NCBI GenBank assembly: GCA_030324005.1
Contig: JARDVH010000130.1
Location: forward strand, 21,075,772 to 21,139,771
Length of the DNA: 64,000 nucleotides
Reading direction: 5' to 3'
From: Negaprion brevirostris
Taxonomy: Eukaryota
Below, one piece after another: positions 26,406 through 38,496 of this stretch (positions are counted from its first letter, which is position 1; the number at the start of each line of letters is the position of its first letter). Below the pieces are notes generated by a model, which was given only the letters and a program-made list of their open reading frames with translations, did no database searches and was not told where the DNA came from. The position numbers and the translations under genes are program-made.

Positions 26406-26880
26406 AGTGGTTAGCACTGCTGTCTCACAATGCCAGAGCGATTCAATTCTGGCCTTGGGTGACTGTGTGGAGTTTGCATGTTCTCCCCGTGTCTACGTGG
26501 GTTTCNNNNNNNNNNNNNNNNNNNNNNNNNNNNNNNNNNNNNNNNNNNNNNNNNNNNNNNNNNNNNNNNNNNNNNNNNNNNNNNNNNNNNNNNNNNNNNN
26601 NNNNNTCTGGCCTTGGGTGACTGTGTGGAGTTTGCATGTTCTCCCCGTGTCTACGTGGGTTTCCTCTGGGTGCTTGTTTCCTCCCATAGTCCAAAGGTGT
26701 GCAGATTAGGTTGATTGGCCATGTTTAATTGTCTGTTGGAGTCCCAAGATGGATAGGTAGGGGAATTAGCAGGGCAAATATGTGGGCTTATGTGGATAGG
26801 GCTTGGGTAAGATGCTCTGGAAAAGAGTCAGTGCAGATTTTTTGGGCCAAATGGCCTCCTGCACTGTAGGGATTCTAATA
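26406..26880 (+). mobile_element. HE1/V-SINE (gap with duplicated flanks inside)
   Basis: Head, V-domain, tail GGCCTCCTGCACTGTAGGGATTCTA. Confidence 0.88.
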
Positions 26881-26889
26881 TCTCAATGT

Positions 26890-27470
26890 CAAGTCAAGAA
26901 AGGTGAGATGATCAAACTTTTGATTAAAGAGATTGAATATTGAAGATGTTTTAAAGGAAAAGGAGAGGTAGAGAGACAAAGGGGGATTCCAAAAAGTTGG
27001 TACCTGGGCTGAAGGCTCTTATCACTGATTTGTTGAAGGATTGAGGCATGCACTCAGGGCTGGAGTTAGATAAAGAGAAAGTTTTGGGGAAATAGGATGG
27101 GAGAAAATTGCAAAGATTAAATGAGACAAGACCCAAGGTGGGTTTAAAGATGAGAGGAACGTTTTCAAATTTGAACCTCCAGAGATCAATAAGGATTGGC
27201 GTCATGGTTGAGTGACCCCAATGGGTGAAGTAACATTTTACAGAATTTAAGTCTTTGAGAGATTGATTGGGAGGCTCATTTAGAGAATGCTGGGGCAGAT
27301 CAATATGGTGAAAGAATGTGTTGGAATTCAGTAGCAAAGGAATAAACGCAGAGGTGGAACCAGCTTTGGCTGTTGAGATGAATGTAAACTTTCTTTGCAA
27401 TAGGGAGGATACAGGGTTTTAATGACAACTTGGGGTCAATCACGATTCAAAAATGTGAGCAGTTAAGTTC
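26890..27470 (-). mobile_element. Old L2 LINE 3' region remnant
   Basis: Purine-rich degenerate segment (TTTTAAAGGAAAAGGAGAGGTAGAGAG...CTGAAGGC...GGAGTTAGA) resembling shark L2 3' ends in reverse. Confidence 0.55.
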
Positions 27471-27499
27471 ATGATGTCTACATCATGACTAACCCTTTG

Positions 27500-27845
27500 A
27501 TAGAGCATCTTACCCAAGCCCTATCCTCATAATCCCACATATTTGCCCTGCTAATTTCTCTAACTTATCCATCTTGAGTCTAACGGACAATTAAACATGG
27601 CCAATCAAGCTAACCCACACACCTTTGGACTGTGGGAAGAAACTGGAGCACCCAGAGGAAACCCACGCAGACATAAGGAGAATGTGNNNNNNNNNNNNNN
27701 NNNNNNNNNNNNNNNNNNNNNNNNNNNNNNNNNNNNNNNNNNNNNNNNNNNNNNNNNNNNNNNNNNNNNNNNNNNNNNNNNNNNNNCACCCAGAGGAAAC
27801 CCACACAAACATGGAGAAAAACGTGCAAACTCCACACAGTCATTC
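27500..27845 (-). mobile_element. HE1/V-SINE, same subfamily as 26406-26880
   Basis: Shares the diagnostic CAAGATGGATA.GT...AATTAGCAGGGCAAATATGTGGG...GGGTAAGATGCTCT. Confidence 0.85.
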
Positions 27846-29164
27846 AAGGAAACAGAAAGCAGAGTATGCAAAATTAACATGTTGTTCTCTATGATGAGAA
27901 CACTATGGATCCTAACTACCATAGAGAGAAGTGAAGTTGTTGTCAAGGTTTTACAGTACTGTTTTCAGCTATAGTGCAAATGGAATTCAAAGAAAATGTG
28001 CTGTGTTAGGCAGTCCATTTGTGAACTGAACAGTCCTAAGTTGTGGTAATCAAATGGAGGGGAAATAAAAGCCCAATAAAATTAAGAACCATTTTATCAT
28101 CCGTTCCAAATGGGCTGAACATCTACAGCTGGGGGTGGATAGGAAGCACATAATCTTCTGTACTTAAAGAGGTAGCATGCTTCTAACCCAATTTATTCTA
28201 TCTGCTTTTACTAATAAGTAAAATTAATAAAGTGAATGAATGGCGTCACAAAAAACAAATTACAAAAGTATGGCGAATTTCGTTAATATAAAACTAATTG
28301 TGAAATGTCAAAGGAAAAGCCAGTGAAACAGAATGTAGACATAAGTAGTGTCGTGAGCGATGAAAACAATATTTGAAATCTTTAAAAAGTGCCATATGGT
28401 GCTGAGTTCATAATGTAAAATCTGGGATGACAGGCGGCAGCAGTTGAGAAATAATCCCCTTGGTGATTTTTGCATGGGTTTTATTATGCGTTAACCTCTT
28501 AATTCAATGATAAATATAGGATGCTGCACAATAGACGTCAAAAGCAGCATTCTATTTTATTACTGAAAAACTTTTGTAACCAACAAGCAGTTCAAACACA
28601 AGGGACAGTCCTTCTGACCTGAGCTGAGTATGGATTTCTCTGGCTAGTATGTATGAATATTTTTAATTCATCGTACTAAACCCCAAGCTATTATCCTTTC
28701 TTTTGTATTCAATTTAACCTCATTCACCAACTCTCTCTTTCTGCGGGTCTCCTGCAATTTTTTTTCTCTCTCTGATCAGAGAAGATGGCAACTTGTCAAA
28801 TGCGCACACCTGACTTCTGACACTCATGCCAAATGTACTCTGCCAACAAGAAGCTCAGCTGACAGGATTGAGTGTATGTTACAAAGGGTATTTCCCTTTG
28901 TAAATGCCCTAATGTTACCCTTTAACTGCCCATTCAACTGAGTGACAAATGTATTGAGATAATTCAGCAATTCTGCTGCAGGATGACTGTAAAGCCATTT
29001 CTAATGAGAACAGTGGCTGGCCAGGCACTGGTAACTGTTCAATTATCTGTTTAGCTAATGAGTTCTGCTGAGTTAAAAAGACAATGGAGATGGAGACCTG
29101 GGTTAGGAGATCTCAGCATAGGAAATGGGACAGGCACTAAAGTGACCGTGAATTACACATGTCC

Positions 29165-29368
29165 ATGACCATGAAACTATTGTCGATTGTTGGAAAAACC
29201 CAGCTGGTTTATTAATGTCCCCTTTAGGGAAGGAAATCTGCCGTCCATACCCGGTCTGGCCTACACGTGACTCCAGAGCCACAGCAATGTGGTTGATTCT
29301 CAATTGCTCTTGGACAACCAGGGATGGACAATAAATGCTGGACAGCCAGTGACGTCCATGTCTCACAA
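29165..29368 (+). mobile_element. Second shark tRNA-SINE family, 3' part
   Basis: ATGACCATGAAACTATTGTCGATTG...GGAAGGAAATCTGCCGTCC...GGGATGGACAATAAATGCTGG; homologous to 58820-59140 and 60488-60758. Confidence 0.8.
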
Positions 29369-29391
29369 ATCAGTAAAAATAGTATAAAGGA

Positions 29392-29521
29392 AAGCAGTGC
29401 AACACATCTTAGGCACTGCCCCAGCAGGTTTTCCTGGATTTTGTGCTCAAGTCTCAATGGGATTTGAACCTATAGCCAGCTGACTCAGAAGTGAGGATGT
29501 GACCAACTGGCAAGGCTGGCA
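29392..29521 (-). mobile_element. SacSINE1/DeuSINE-like head fragment
   Basis: Reverse complement CTCACTTCTGAGTCAG...GGTTCAAATCCCA..GACTTGAGCACAAAATCCAGG...GCACTG. Confidence 0.6.
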
Positions 29522-29879
29522 TGCAGACTGTCACCAGAAATAAGCAATCTGTGCTGTAGACACGTGCCCAACAATTTGCGCATTTTCCAGGGATTTAACT
29601 ACTTCAATAATGATAATCCCATGTCAGCCTTTCTTAGTATTTGGATAACATCATGCAAACATGCAAACACCTCCTTTAAGTAACCCTCACTATTTTAATC
29701 CTTCACTCCCTGGGTCAATATCCTAAAACTGTCTACTCAACAGTACTGTGGGGATATTTTCACCTTTCCCCATGACCATAATGAGACAGCCCATCACCAA
29801 CTTTTCAGGGAAACTCAAAATAGGCAATAAATGTGGCCCCAGCCAGCATTGTCCATGGAATAAAAACACAAGTAGTGCC

Positions 29880-30110
29880 CACGTTCTCTACATCTCCAGA
29901 CTCTGCACACTCAAAACATCTCACGCACTCCACATCCCGTATCCCTACTCTCCACATTCAACCACACATCAGACCACCACTCCCAGCATCCCCCCACCCG
30001 TCCCCACCACAACTGGCATGCGTATTCTCCACATATTGAACCCCCATACTTCACAGCTAGACTCCACTTTCCACAGCCAGTGCTTTTACTCCCCACAATG
30101 CTACAATGTT
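29880..30110. repeat. C/A-rich low-complexity tract (degenerate CTCCACATCC-like units)
   Basis: Recurrent ctccac/ccacac motifs with strong strand skew. Confidence 0.5.
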
Positions 30111-30211
30111 TNNNNNNNNNNNNNNNNNNNNNNNNNNNNNNNNNNNNNNNNNNNNNNNNNNNNNNNNNNNNNNNNNNNNNNNNNNNNNNNNNNNNNNNNN
30201 NNNNNNNNNNN

Positions 30212-30725
30212 CGGCGGCCTCACCAGTGCCCTATACAGCTGCAGCAAGACCTCCCTACTTTTATATTCAATCCCCCTCGCTATGAAGGATAGGGTGAGCA
30301 GGTTAGACCCATCTCGTTAGAGTTTAGAAAAATGAGAGGTGATCGTACTGAAATATAAATGATCCTGAGAGGACCTGATGGGGTAGATTCTGGAAGGATA
30401 TTTCCTGTCATAGGGAAATCTAGAAATAAGGGCAGTTTCAAAATAAGGGACCTCCTGTTTCAGATGGCAGTGGGGAGGAATTTTTTCTCTGTGGGCTGTT
30501 GATGGATGGAATTCTGTTCCACAATGAGCAGTGGAGACTCAATCATTGAATTCATTTAAGGCTAAATCACAGATTTTTGATCTACAAGTGTGTCTAGGGT
30601 TATTGCAGACAGGCAGGAAAATGGAGTTGAGGCTGCAGTCAAATCAACCATAATCTTCTCGAATGGCTGATCAGGGTCGAGAGGGGCCCCATGGCCTACT
30701 CCTGCTCTTAACTTTTATGATCTTA
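30212..30725. mobile_element. Adjacent CR1 fragments in opposite orientation (minus 30212-30288, plus 30289-30725)
   Basis: Minus: AFIARGIEYKSREVLLQLYRALVRP-like; plus: C-terminus and 3'UTR ending ATGGCCTACTCCTGCTC. Confidence 0.8.
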
Positions 30726-31103
30726 TTCAAATTAATGATGCTTGTTACGTGGTCAAATGCAGCCTGAATTTGCTGGGCATAGAAACGATAACTGTATCTG
30801 TCTATGCGTCCTGGGTGCTGACCCTGGCCCATCCCTCCACCTGGATCTCATCCGAAGCTATAACGCCTTCCTGGTCATCGCTTTTGAATGCATTGCTTCT
30901 GAGGCTCACATCTTATTCGCTACAGCACGTGGCACATCATCTCGTCCTGAAGATCCACATATCATCTGCCCCATTCTGCCGGAGGGCCAAACATGGCAGT
31001 CACCGTGTACCTCAACTTCATTTAGGTTGAGCATACTGAAAGATTAAAAATATACACCACAAGGACTTGGCAGTTCACTACCACCTTAAAGGCAATTAGG
31101 GAT

Positions 31104-31285
31104 AGAACATAGAACATAGAACACTACAGCACAAACAGGCCCTTCGGCCCACGAGTTGCGCCGATCACATCAACACCTATCTATAACCCCCAATCCCATA
31201 AAACCCCATATACTCATCCAGAAGTCTTTTAAAAGACCCCAGCGAGTTCGCCTCCACCACCACTGACGGCAGCCGATTCCATAGC
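31104..31285 (-). mobile_element. CR1 3' tail (different subfamily)
   Basis: (AGAACAT)n tail and ACAGGCCCTTCGGCCCAC hairpin. Confidence 0.8.
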
Positions 31286-31742
31286 CAGCCAGTGATGCCC
31301 ATGTCCCGCAAATAATTTAAAAAGAATGTGCATAGCCATCCAGTGTTTCCGTTGTCAATCGTTAGATTATGGGCCCCTGCTGGAAATACATGAGCGGATG
31401 TGTTATAAACACAAGATTGGATGAGGCATAATTTGCCTCCCAAGTAGTCAAAAAGCTTTCTGATATTTGTGACACAGCTTAAAGATGGTAATGAGCATTA
31501 CGAACAAATGAAATACTCAGCAGGTCCGACAGTATCTGTGGCTTGGAGAAACTTTTCAGGCTGAGGCCATTAGAATGGGGTATGGCCACCATTTCGCTGA
31601 GTACTTCTAGCATTTTCTACTTTTATTTTGGATTGCCAGAACCTATAACATAATGCTTATACACAAGGGCTACTTGGAAAAGGTACCAAAGAGCAATTGG
31701 AACACATGGGCTGGTGTAGAAAATGTTCTGCATCGCAAACCC

Positions 31743-32311
31743 TGGCCAGGATTTTTAACTTGGTACAGGTTCCAGATTGGAAGCAGAGGGGCACACAGTT
31801 TCAAATCAGCGCCATGACCCTGACTCCGAGTAACTTTCGACAGGGTGACTTGGGGGTCAGATTTGCTGCTTCCTGGTGGGTGACCAATTCTGGCCAATTG
31901 CAGATAATCGCAGAATTAACTGTCTCTCCACTGGGGTTTTGACTGGAGTAGTGGACTCAGAGTGGCAAGTGATGTGGGGGTGGGCATTCTCCAATTCTCC
32001 AACCCATAAAGACTGCTGGGGCACAGCTGCAACTGCTGTTCCTTATCAGGCAGCTGTGGTATTTTGAGAAACATTATTAACTTGTTCCCTCCTCCCTCTT
32101 CCAGTTCCTAGATTGGCTGGTAGGCCTGACAATCTCTGAGTGTATGGGGCCTCCCAGTAGCCCTGCAGCACTGGGAATCCAGGTGGTGTACTTGCTCCAT
32201 AGTTTTAATTAACTGCAGTTTTGAGAATCCTAATGGGTGTGCCTAAAACACTTGGTGTGGTGTCAGGACCTGGCACATTCTCAGTTCCCAACCTCTACTG
32301 AAATTCCAGCC
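31743..32311. mobile_element. Non-autonomous DNA transposon, Harbinger-type TIRs
   Basis: GGCCAGGATTTT ... AAATTCCAGCC imperfect inverted termini. Confidence 0.5.
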
Positions 32312-32395
32312 TTCTATTTCCTGTTGCAAATTGGTCTCCAAATCTCAGTTAAGCCCAGAAAACAAAACAGGTTAATGTCAGGACACAAGACTTCA

Positions 32396-32524
32396 TGGCC
32401 AGAATTTTACTGTCCTGCCTGCCACGGGAATTGGAGTGGACAGAGAGTGGGAAATGGAAAGGTCTGTTGACCTCAAGTGGGATTTTACAGTTTCAGTCTG
32501 AGTGAGGCTGTAAAATCCTGTCCG
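32396..32524. mobile_element. ~130-bp Harbinger-type MITE
   Basis: GGCCAGAATTTTAC...GTAAAATCCTGTCC with internal AAAGGTCTGTTGACCTC; homologous to the copies at 48156, 55983, 62371 and 63278. Confidence 0.7.
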
Positions 32525-32689
32525 CATAATCACGAAATAATTTTTAGGTACACGTTTACATTTACATCAGATGCTTCTTATTACTATGTGTATACTTTGT
32601 TCTTTTTAGATTGATCCTGGTGCTATGCTGAGGTGAGAAGGCCAGACATATTAGTGATACTTGATTTTATGATGATGCCTTTTCATAAT

Positions 32690-33642
32690 TTATTTGGGTG
32701 TTGCTGCCTTGACCAGCATTTATTGCCCATCCTTAATTGAGAAAGTGGTGATGAGCCACCTTCCTGAATGGTTGCTGTCTATCTGGTGCAGGCACATCTC
32801 TCACTGTGCCATTACAGGGAATCCTAGGATTTTCATTCAATGAGAGTGAAGGATTGGTGATAGTTCAAAATTGGGTTGTTGTGTGGCTTGGAGGGGAACA
32901 TGCAGGTGGTGGTGTTCCTACTTGTCTTCCTTGGTGTTGGAGTAATGGATCTGAAAGGTGATGTTGAAGGAGCCTTGATGAGCTGTTGAAGTATATACCT
33001 TGTAGACAGCACACATTGCTGCCACTGTATATCAATGGTAAAGGGAGTGAATGTTTAAAGGTGTGGATGATTTACCCTAGATGCAGTGTCAAGCTGCTTG
33101 ACTGCTGCTGGAGTTGCGCACATCCAGGAAAATGGAGAGTAATACATCACAGTCTTGATTTGTGCCCTCTAAATGTTGAGTGGTGTTTGGGGAATCAGGT
33201 GATGAGTTACTTGCCACAGGATTCCCAGTCTCTGACCTGCTCAGAGTGGCCACAGTATCTATATGACTGGTCCAGTACGGTTTCTGGTCATTGGCAATCC
33301 CAGGATGTTGATGGGGGGAATTCAGCAATGGCTATTCTTGTCGGAGATGGTTATTGCCTGTCACTTGTGTGACAGTAATGTCACTTATCATTTATTACCC
33401 CATGTCTGAATGTTGTTCAGGTCTCACTGAATATGGTCATGGACTGCTTTGGTATTTGAAGAGAGCCATGAATGGTGCTGAACATGACAAAATTATTTAA
33501 TGAACAACCCCAGTTCTAATCTTATGATGGCAGGAAGACCATTTACAGAGGAGCGAAAGATGGTTGTACCCAGGATTCCATCCTGAGGAACCCCAGCAGT
33601 GATGTCCTGGGACTGAAATGGTTGACCTCCAACAATCAGTTA
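32690..33642 (-). mobile_element. CR1-clade LINE (family sharing its 3' tail with the second SINE), 3' ORF2 remnant
   Basis: Tail CAGCATTTATTGCCCATCC; on minus, GVPQ-like RT motif near 33590 and a degenerate C-terminus. Confidence 0.75.
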
Positions 33643-36439
33643 NNNNNNNNNNNNNNNNNNNNNNNNNNNNNNNNNNNNNNNNNNNNNNNNNNNNNNNNNN
33701 NNNNNNNNNNNNNNNNNNNNNNNNNNNNNNNNNNNNNNNNNNNNNNNNNNNNNNNNNNNNNNNNNNNNNNNNNNNNNNNNNNNNNNNNNNNNNNNNNNNN
33801 NNNNNNNNNNNNNNNNNNNNNNNNNNNNNNNNNNNNNNNNNNNNNNNNNNNNNNNNNNNNNNNNNNNNNNNNNNNNNNNNNNNNNNNNNNNNNNNNNNNN
33901 NNNNNNNNNNNNNNNNNNNNNNNNNNNNNNNNNNNNNNNNNNNNNNNNNNNNNNNNNNNNNNNNNNNNNNNNNNNNNNNNNNNNNNNNNNNNNNNNNNNN
34001 NNNNNNNNNNNNNNNNNNNNNNNNNNNNNNNNNNNNNNNNNNNNNNAGTTAGGTTTCTGCAATGTTTGAATCTTGCAAGGTTACATATTCTTCCCCACAG
34101 CAACTTACTCCTACCTTGGAAGTTGCTCTCCAAGTACAGCACTGAGTATCATAATGAGCTGACTGCCAGGGCTGCCATTGTCAGTAACTCACACTGACCT
34201 CAGTTGCTACAGGCTGCATGCATTCAGAACTTGAACTCAAATCTCTCAATTATTCTGACTAATGAGAGAGAGAAAGTCTCTCTGCCTCTGAGAGACAAAA
34301 CAAAGACTGTTCTCAGGCCCTCCCCATCAGAAAGCTTGCCATTGATTCACCTCCATCCCAATCTAAGTTGCTATTTTGAATGAAGTGTCATGTTTTTTGA
34401 TCCAGAAGCTCACAGTCCTGAATCGCCTTTTCAGTTTAGCCCTGATGTATAATGAGTGAAAATAATTCATCCATCAGGTTATGAAGTGCAGTGCAATGAA
34501 CCAACAATTCTCTATTGTCTCAAAGAAGACGTAAGTTGCAAAAGTAGGCAATTTGATAGATGTTTCATATGTGATCCCCATCATATTAATCACATTCAAT
34601 ATGGCTTATTTTGTATGAAAATTAACTTTGTTAACTGAGCCTGACTCCACATCAATGACTTACAAAGTTTAAAAACTTGAAGTCCTTTTTGGGCAAAATA
34701 GGTAAAAATCCTATGATATTATACTTGCGAACAAAATAAATCTCACTTTCAAATATGCTCTTTTAGAAATTCCAAATCCCCACCATGTTTGGCCTGCCTT
34801 TGATAGACACCCAAATATTAGGACCACATGGAGCCAAAAGCATGAATGTTGACCTTACGTTATCCTTTTATGTGACTGGCCAGACTGTTAGAATACCATC
34901 AGATCAATAAATNNNNNNNNNNCCTAAGTCTGTTGGTCGGAATGGGGGCAGTTCAGTATTCCAAGGAGACGAATTTAGATTCATTTGGAGCTAAGGACAA
35001 ATTACAGTTGTCTTTAATCCAAAAGAAATTTAATCTGTCACCATTACTTTTCATCATACCATAAAAAAAAATCTTTCTGCTTTTGTAAGGTCATTCAAAA
35101 CTAACTTTTGGCAAGCGTGCCTTGTATTCAGCTGGGTTTAACAGGGGAGAAATTGGAACGTATTACACTCGTTATTTGGGAGCAAGGTGGGACAAATAGG
35201 TCTAATTTTGCAGGCGAGAATGCCCCCGGTGGTGGAAGTATGTCCAGCACTACAATGATTCGGAGAATATTAGGTATTTTGGTGGTCAAGTAAAAAAAAA
35301 ATTAAACCTATTGCATGTTCCAATGAGGTATTTTANNNNNNNNNNNNNNNNNNNNNNNNNNNNNNNNNNNNNNNNNNNNNNNNNNNNNNNNNNNNNNNNN
35401 NNNNNNNNNNNNNNNNNNNNNNNNNNNNNNNNNNNNNNNNNNNNNNNNNNNNNNNNNNNNNNNNNNNNNNNNNNNNNNNNNNNNNNNNNNNNNNNNNNNN
35501 NNNNNNNNNNNNNNNNNNNNNNNNNNNNNNNNNNNNNNNNNNNNNNNNNNNNNNNNNNNNNNNNNNNNNNNNNNNNNNNNNNNNNNNNNNNNNNNNNNNN
35601 NNNNNNNNNNNNNNNNNNNNNNNNNNNNNNNNNNNNNNAAATACTTATTGATCTTGCACCTGAATATGGGATAAAATCAATTTCTCCTCCAAGTAATCTT
35701 AAGTTGGCTGATTAAGTGATTTTCCTTTTGTGTGTCAACAGCTTTATGACGGTATAGAGGTAAAATAAATGGATGGAAAAGTTGAGCTTCAGTATCAGCT
35801 TTAAGTAAAATAATAGCCAGGACTTTCCAGCTGTTCATATCAGCAGGGTTTTCTGGTCCTTGCTTCCAGTGGCAGTGGAGCATGAATGGACAAAAAATTC
35901 CAACCCTAGTGTGTGATAAGTGTATGTGCATGTTTTTATTTGATGTTATATTGTTCCTGTGAAGTTCCTTCTTATACATTCAATCTGAATTTGAACTAGA
36001 TGTTGCTGAGGGGAACGTTTAGGTTTTTCATCAGTCTATAGTTCACAGATTCGTAAATGACATCTTTGAGTGTGTACCGCAATCAACCTTTGCTACCATC
36101 ACATGGGAAGAGGGATTCAATATTTTTTGCAGGATAAATTCAGGATTATTGAATTGGACTGATCAGTCCACTTATGCCCAGTACTGAAATAGCAGGGAGT
36201 TAAAACACAATAAGATTACTTGCATTCCACCACTGATAAATAATCTTATCCAAACAAGAATATTATTTATTATGCACTAGCATGAAGAAGAGGGTGATGG
36301 AAAGGAACTCACACTTGGGTAAACATAATCTTCATGCAGAAGCAATTACATCATAAGTGTTTTCAGCTCTACAAGTGGAAGCTAAGATTGTTTGAATTTT
36401 CAGAAATATTGAACCAAACTTCAAAGGAATAAGAGATAT

Positions 36440-36600
36440 GAAAACAGAAAATGTTGAATTAGCCAGCACATCTGACAGTATCTGTGGAGAAAGAAACAGA
36501 GTTAATGAGCAGAAGAATCATCTAGATGCAAAATCTTAACTCTATTCTCTCACCATAGGCGCTGTCTGACTTGTTGAGATTTTTTAGCATTAAATATTTT
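36440..36600. mobile_element. Palindromic Penelope-derived element, degenerate
   Basis: Inverted arms ...TCTGTGGAGAAAGAAACAGAGTTAA / TTAACTCTATTCTCTCACCATAG. Confidence 0.6.
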
Positions 36601-36819
36601 TCTTGCAGTCCTACACCTTATCCGATGGCTACCAGTCACTCACATCTCAGGTGCTCTGCCAAATCCATTGTTTGAATAGCCCCAGTCAATGCCCTCATCC
36701 CTTCAAAGTTGACTCTGATCTCCCATCTGGTTGCTTCCTCCCTACATCACTGGGGGTTCTGATAGGAAATTTCAATGGACACCAGTCACTCACGGGCAGT
36801 GTGAACTGGGCAGTTACGT

Positions 36820-37612
36820 CCAGGCTGAGTGTATGGACATATGCTTGGCAGATGCGGCATAATGTAGATAAATGTAAGGTCATCCACTTTGGTAGCAATA
36901 ACAGGAATACAGATTGTTTATTTGAATGGATGTAAATTCGGAGAGGTGGATACTCAGCAAGAGCTTGATGTCCTCATGTATAAGTTGCTGAAAGTAAGCG
37001 CGCAGGTACAGTAAGAAGTAAAGAAGGTAAATGGTACATGGGCCTCCAAAGTGAGAGTGTTTGAGTATAGGATTAGGTATGTTTTGCTGCAATTGTATAG
37101 GGCATTGGTAAGGTCACATCTGGACTATTTTTTGCAGTTTTGGAGTTCTTATCTGAGGAAGGATGTCCTTGCTATAAAAGGAGTACAGTGAAGGTTTACC
37201 GGGCTGATTTCTGGAATGTCAGGTCCGTCATATGAGGAGAGACTAAGTTGGTTAAGGTTATATTCACCGGGTTCAGGAGAGTGAGACCGGACCTTATAAA
37301 AGTCTACCGGGGTTAGACAGGATAGATTCAAAGAATTTTGTCAAGAGTGGGGGTGTCCTGAACTAGGGGTCTTAGTTTGAGAATAAGGGATAAACCTTTT
37401 AGAACTGAGGTGAGGAGAAATTTCTTCACCCAGAGGGTCATGAACGTGTAGAATTTACTACCACTTTGGCTAAAGTGTTGTCTGATTTCAAGGAGAAGTT
37501 AACTCTCGGGGCCTAAAGAGATCAAGGGATATGGGGATCGAGATATTGAATTCGAAGAGTAGCCATCAAAGTGAATGGCGGAGCAGGCTCAAAGGGCCAA
37601 ATGGCTTACTCT
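36820..37612 (+). mobile_element. CR1 LINE, ORF2 C-terminal remnant and 3'UTR
   Basis: WQMRHNVDKCKVIHFG, LLQLYRALVR.HL-like, RNFFTQRV; tail AAAGGGCCAAATGGCTTACTC. Confidence 0.9.
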
Positions 37613-38373
37613 NNNNNNNNNNNNNNNNNNNNNNNNNNNNNNNNNNNNNNNNNNNNNNNNNNNNNNNNNNNNNNNNNNNNNNNNNNNNNNNNNNNNNNNN
37701 NNNNNNNNNNNNNNNNNNNNNNNNNNNNNNNNNNNNNNNNNNNNNNNNNNNNNNNNNNNNNNNNNNNNNNNNNNNNNNNNNNNNNNNNNNNNNNNNNNNN
37801 NNNNNNNNNNNNNNNNNNNNNNNNNNNNNNNNNNNNNNNNNNNNNNNNNNNNNNNNNNNNNNNNNNNNNNNNNNNNNNNNNNNNNNNNNNNNNNNNNNNN
37901 NNNNNNNNNNNNNNNNNNNNNNNNNNNNNNNNNNNNNNNNNNNNNNNNNNNNNNNNNNNNNNNNNNNNNACTTTTGGTCCAACTCCTTCAGACTACTCGC
38001 ACCCTTCCCCACAACCACCCCCCCCCCACCCCCCATCTTGTGAGCCTTACGTCCACAAGCGTGCCAGTAACAGCTGACTAACTCAGCACTTATTTAACTT
38101 TACTAATTACACAGGCTGCAGATTGATACAGTGCTCGCAAAAAATGTTTAAACTCCATAAACTGCAGGCAGCAGGCTTCAGGGCAATACACATCAGCCAT
38201 GACTCCATCCTGAGGCCTTCAACTCGCTCGTCCCGCCGCAAATCATGCCCACTGCAACGCCATTCCCTCGCCTCCCTCCCCCAGTCCCCCGCAACAACCT
38301 CGAACCCTCCCTCTCTGGACAATGGGGTCTGTTTCCTTGGACTCTCCGGTACTAATAAGAAGCCTCATAACAT

Positions 38374-38496
38374 CAGCTGATGAAACAGCTGCACTCCGAA
38401 AGCTTGTGATTCCAAATAAACCTGTTGGACTTTAACCTGGTGTTGTGAGACTTCTGACTGTGCCCACCCCAGTCCAATGCCAGCATCTCACATCAT
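38374..38496 (+). mobile_element. Penelope-like terminal repeat with minimal hammerhead ribozyme motif
   Basis: CTGATGA (38377-38383), degenerate stem II, GAAA-GCTT-GTG (38398-38408), then AATAAACCTGTTGGACTTTAACCTGGTGTTGTGAGACTT. Confidence 0.7.

Noticed and set aside
26446-26665. Apparent tandem duplications around 100-N gaps (also ~45235-45375, 57134-57352, 59466-59640)
   Set aside because: Identical or near-identical flanks on both sides of fixed-length gaps are a scaffolding artefact.
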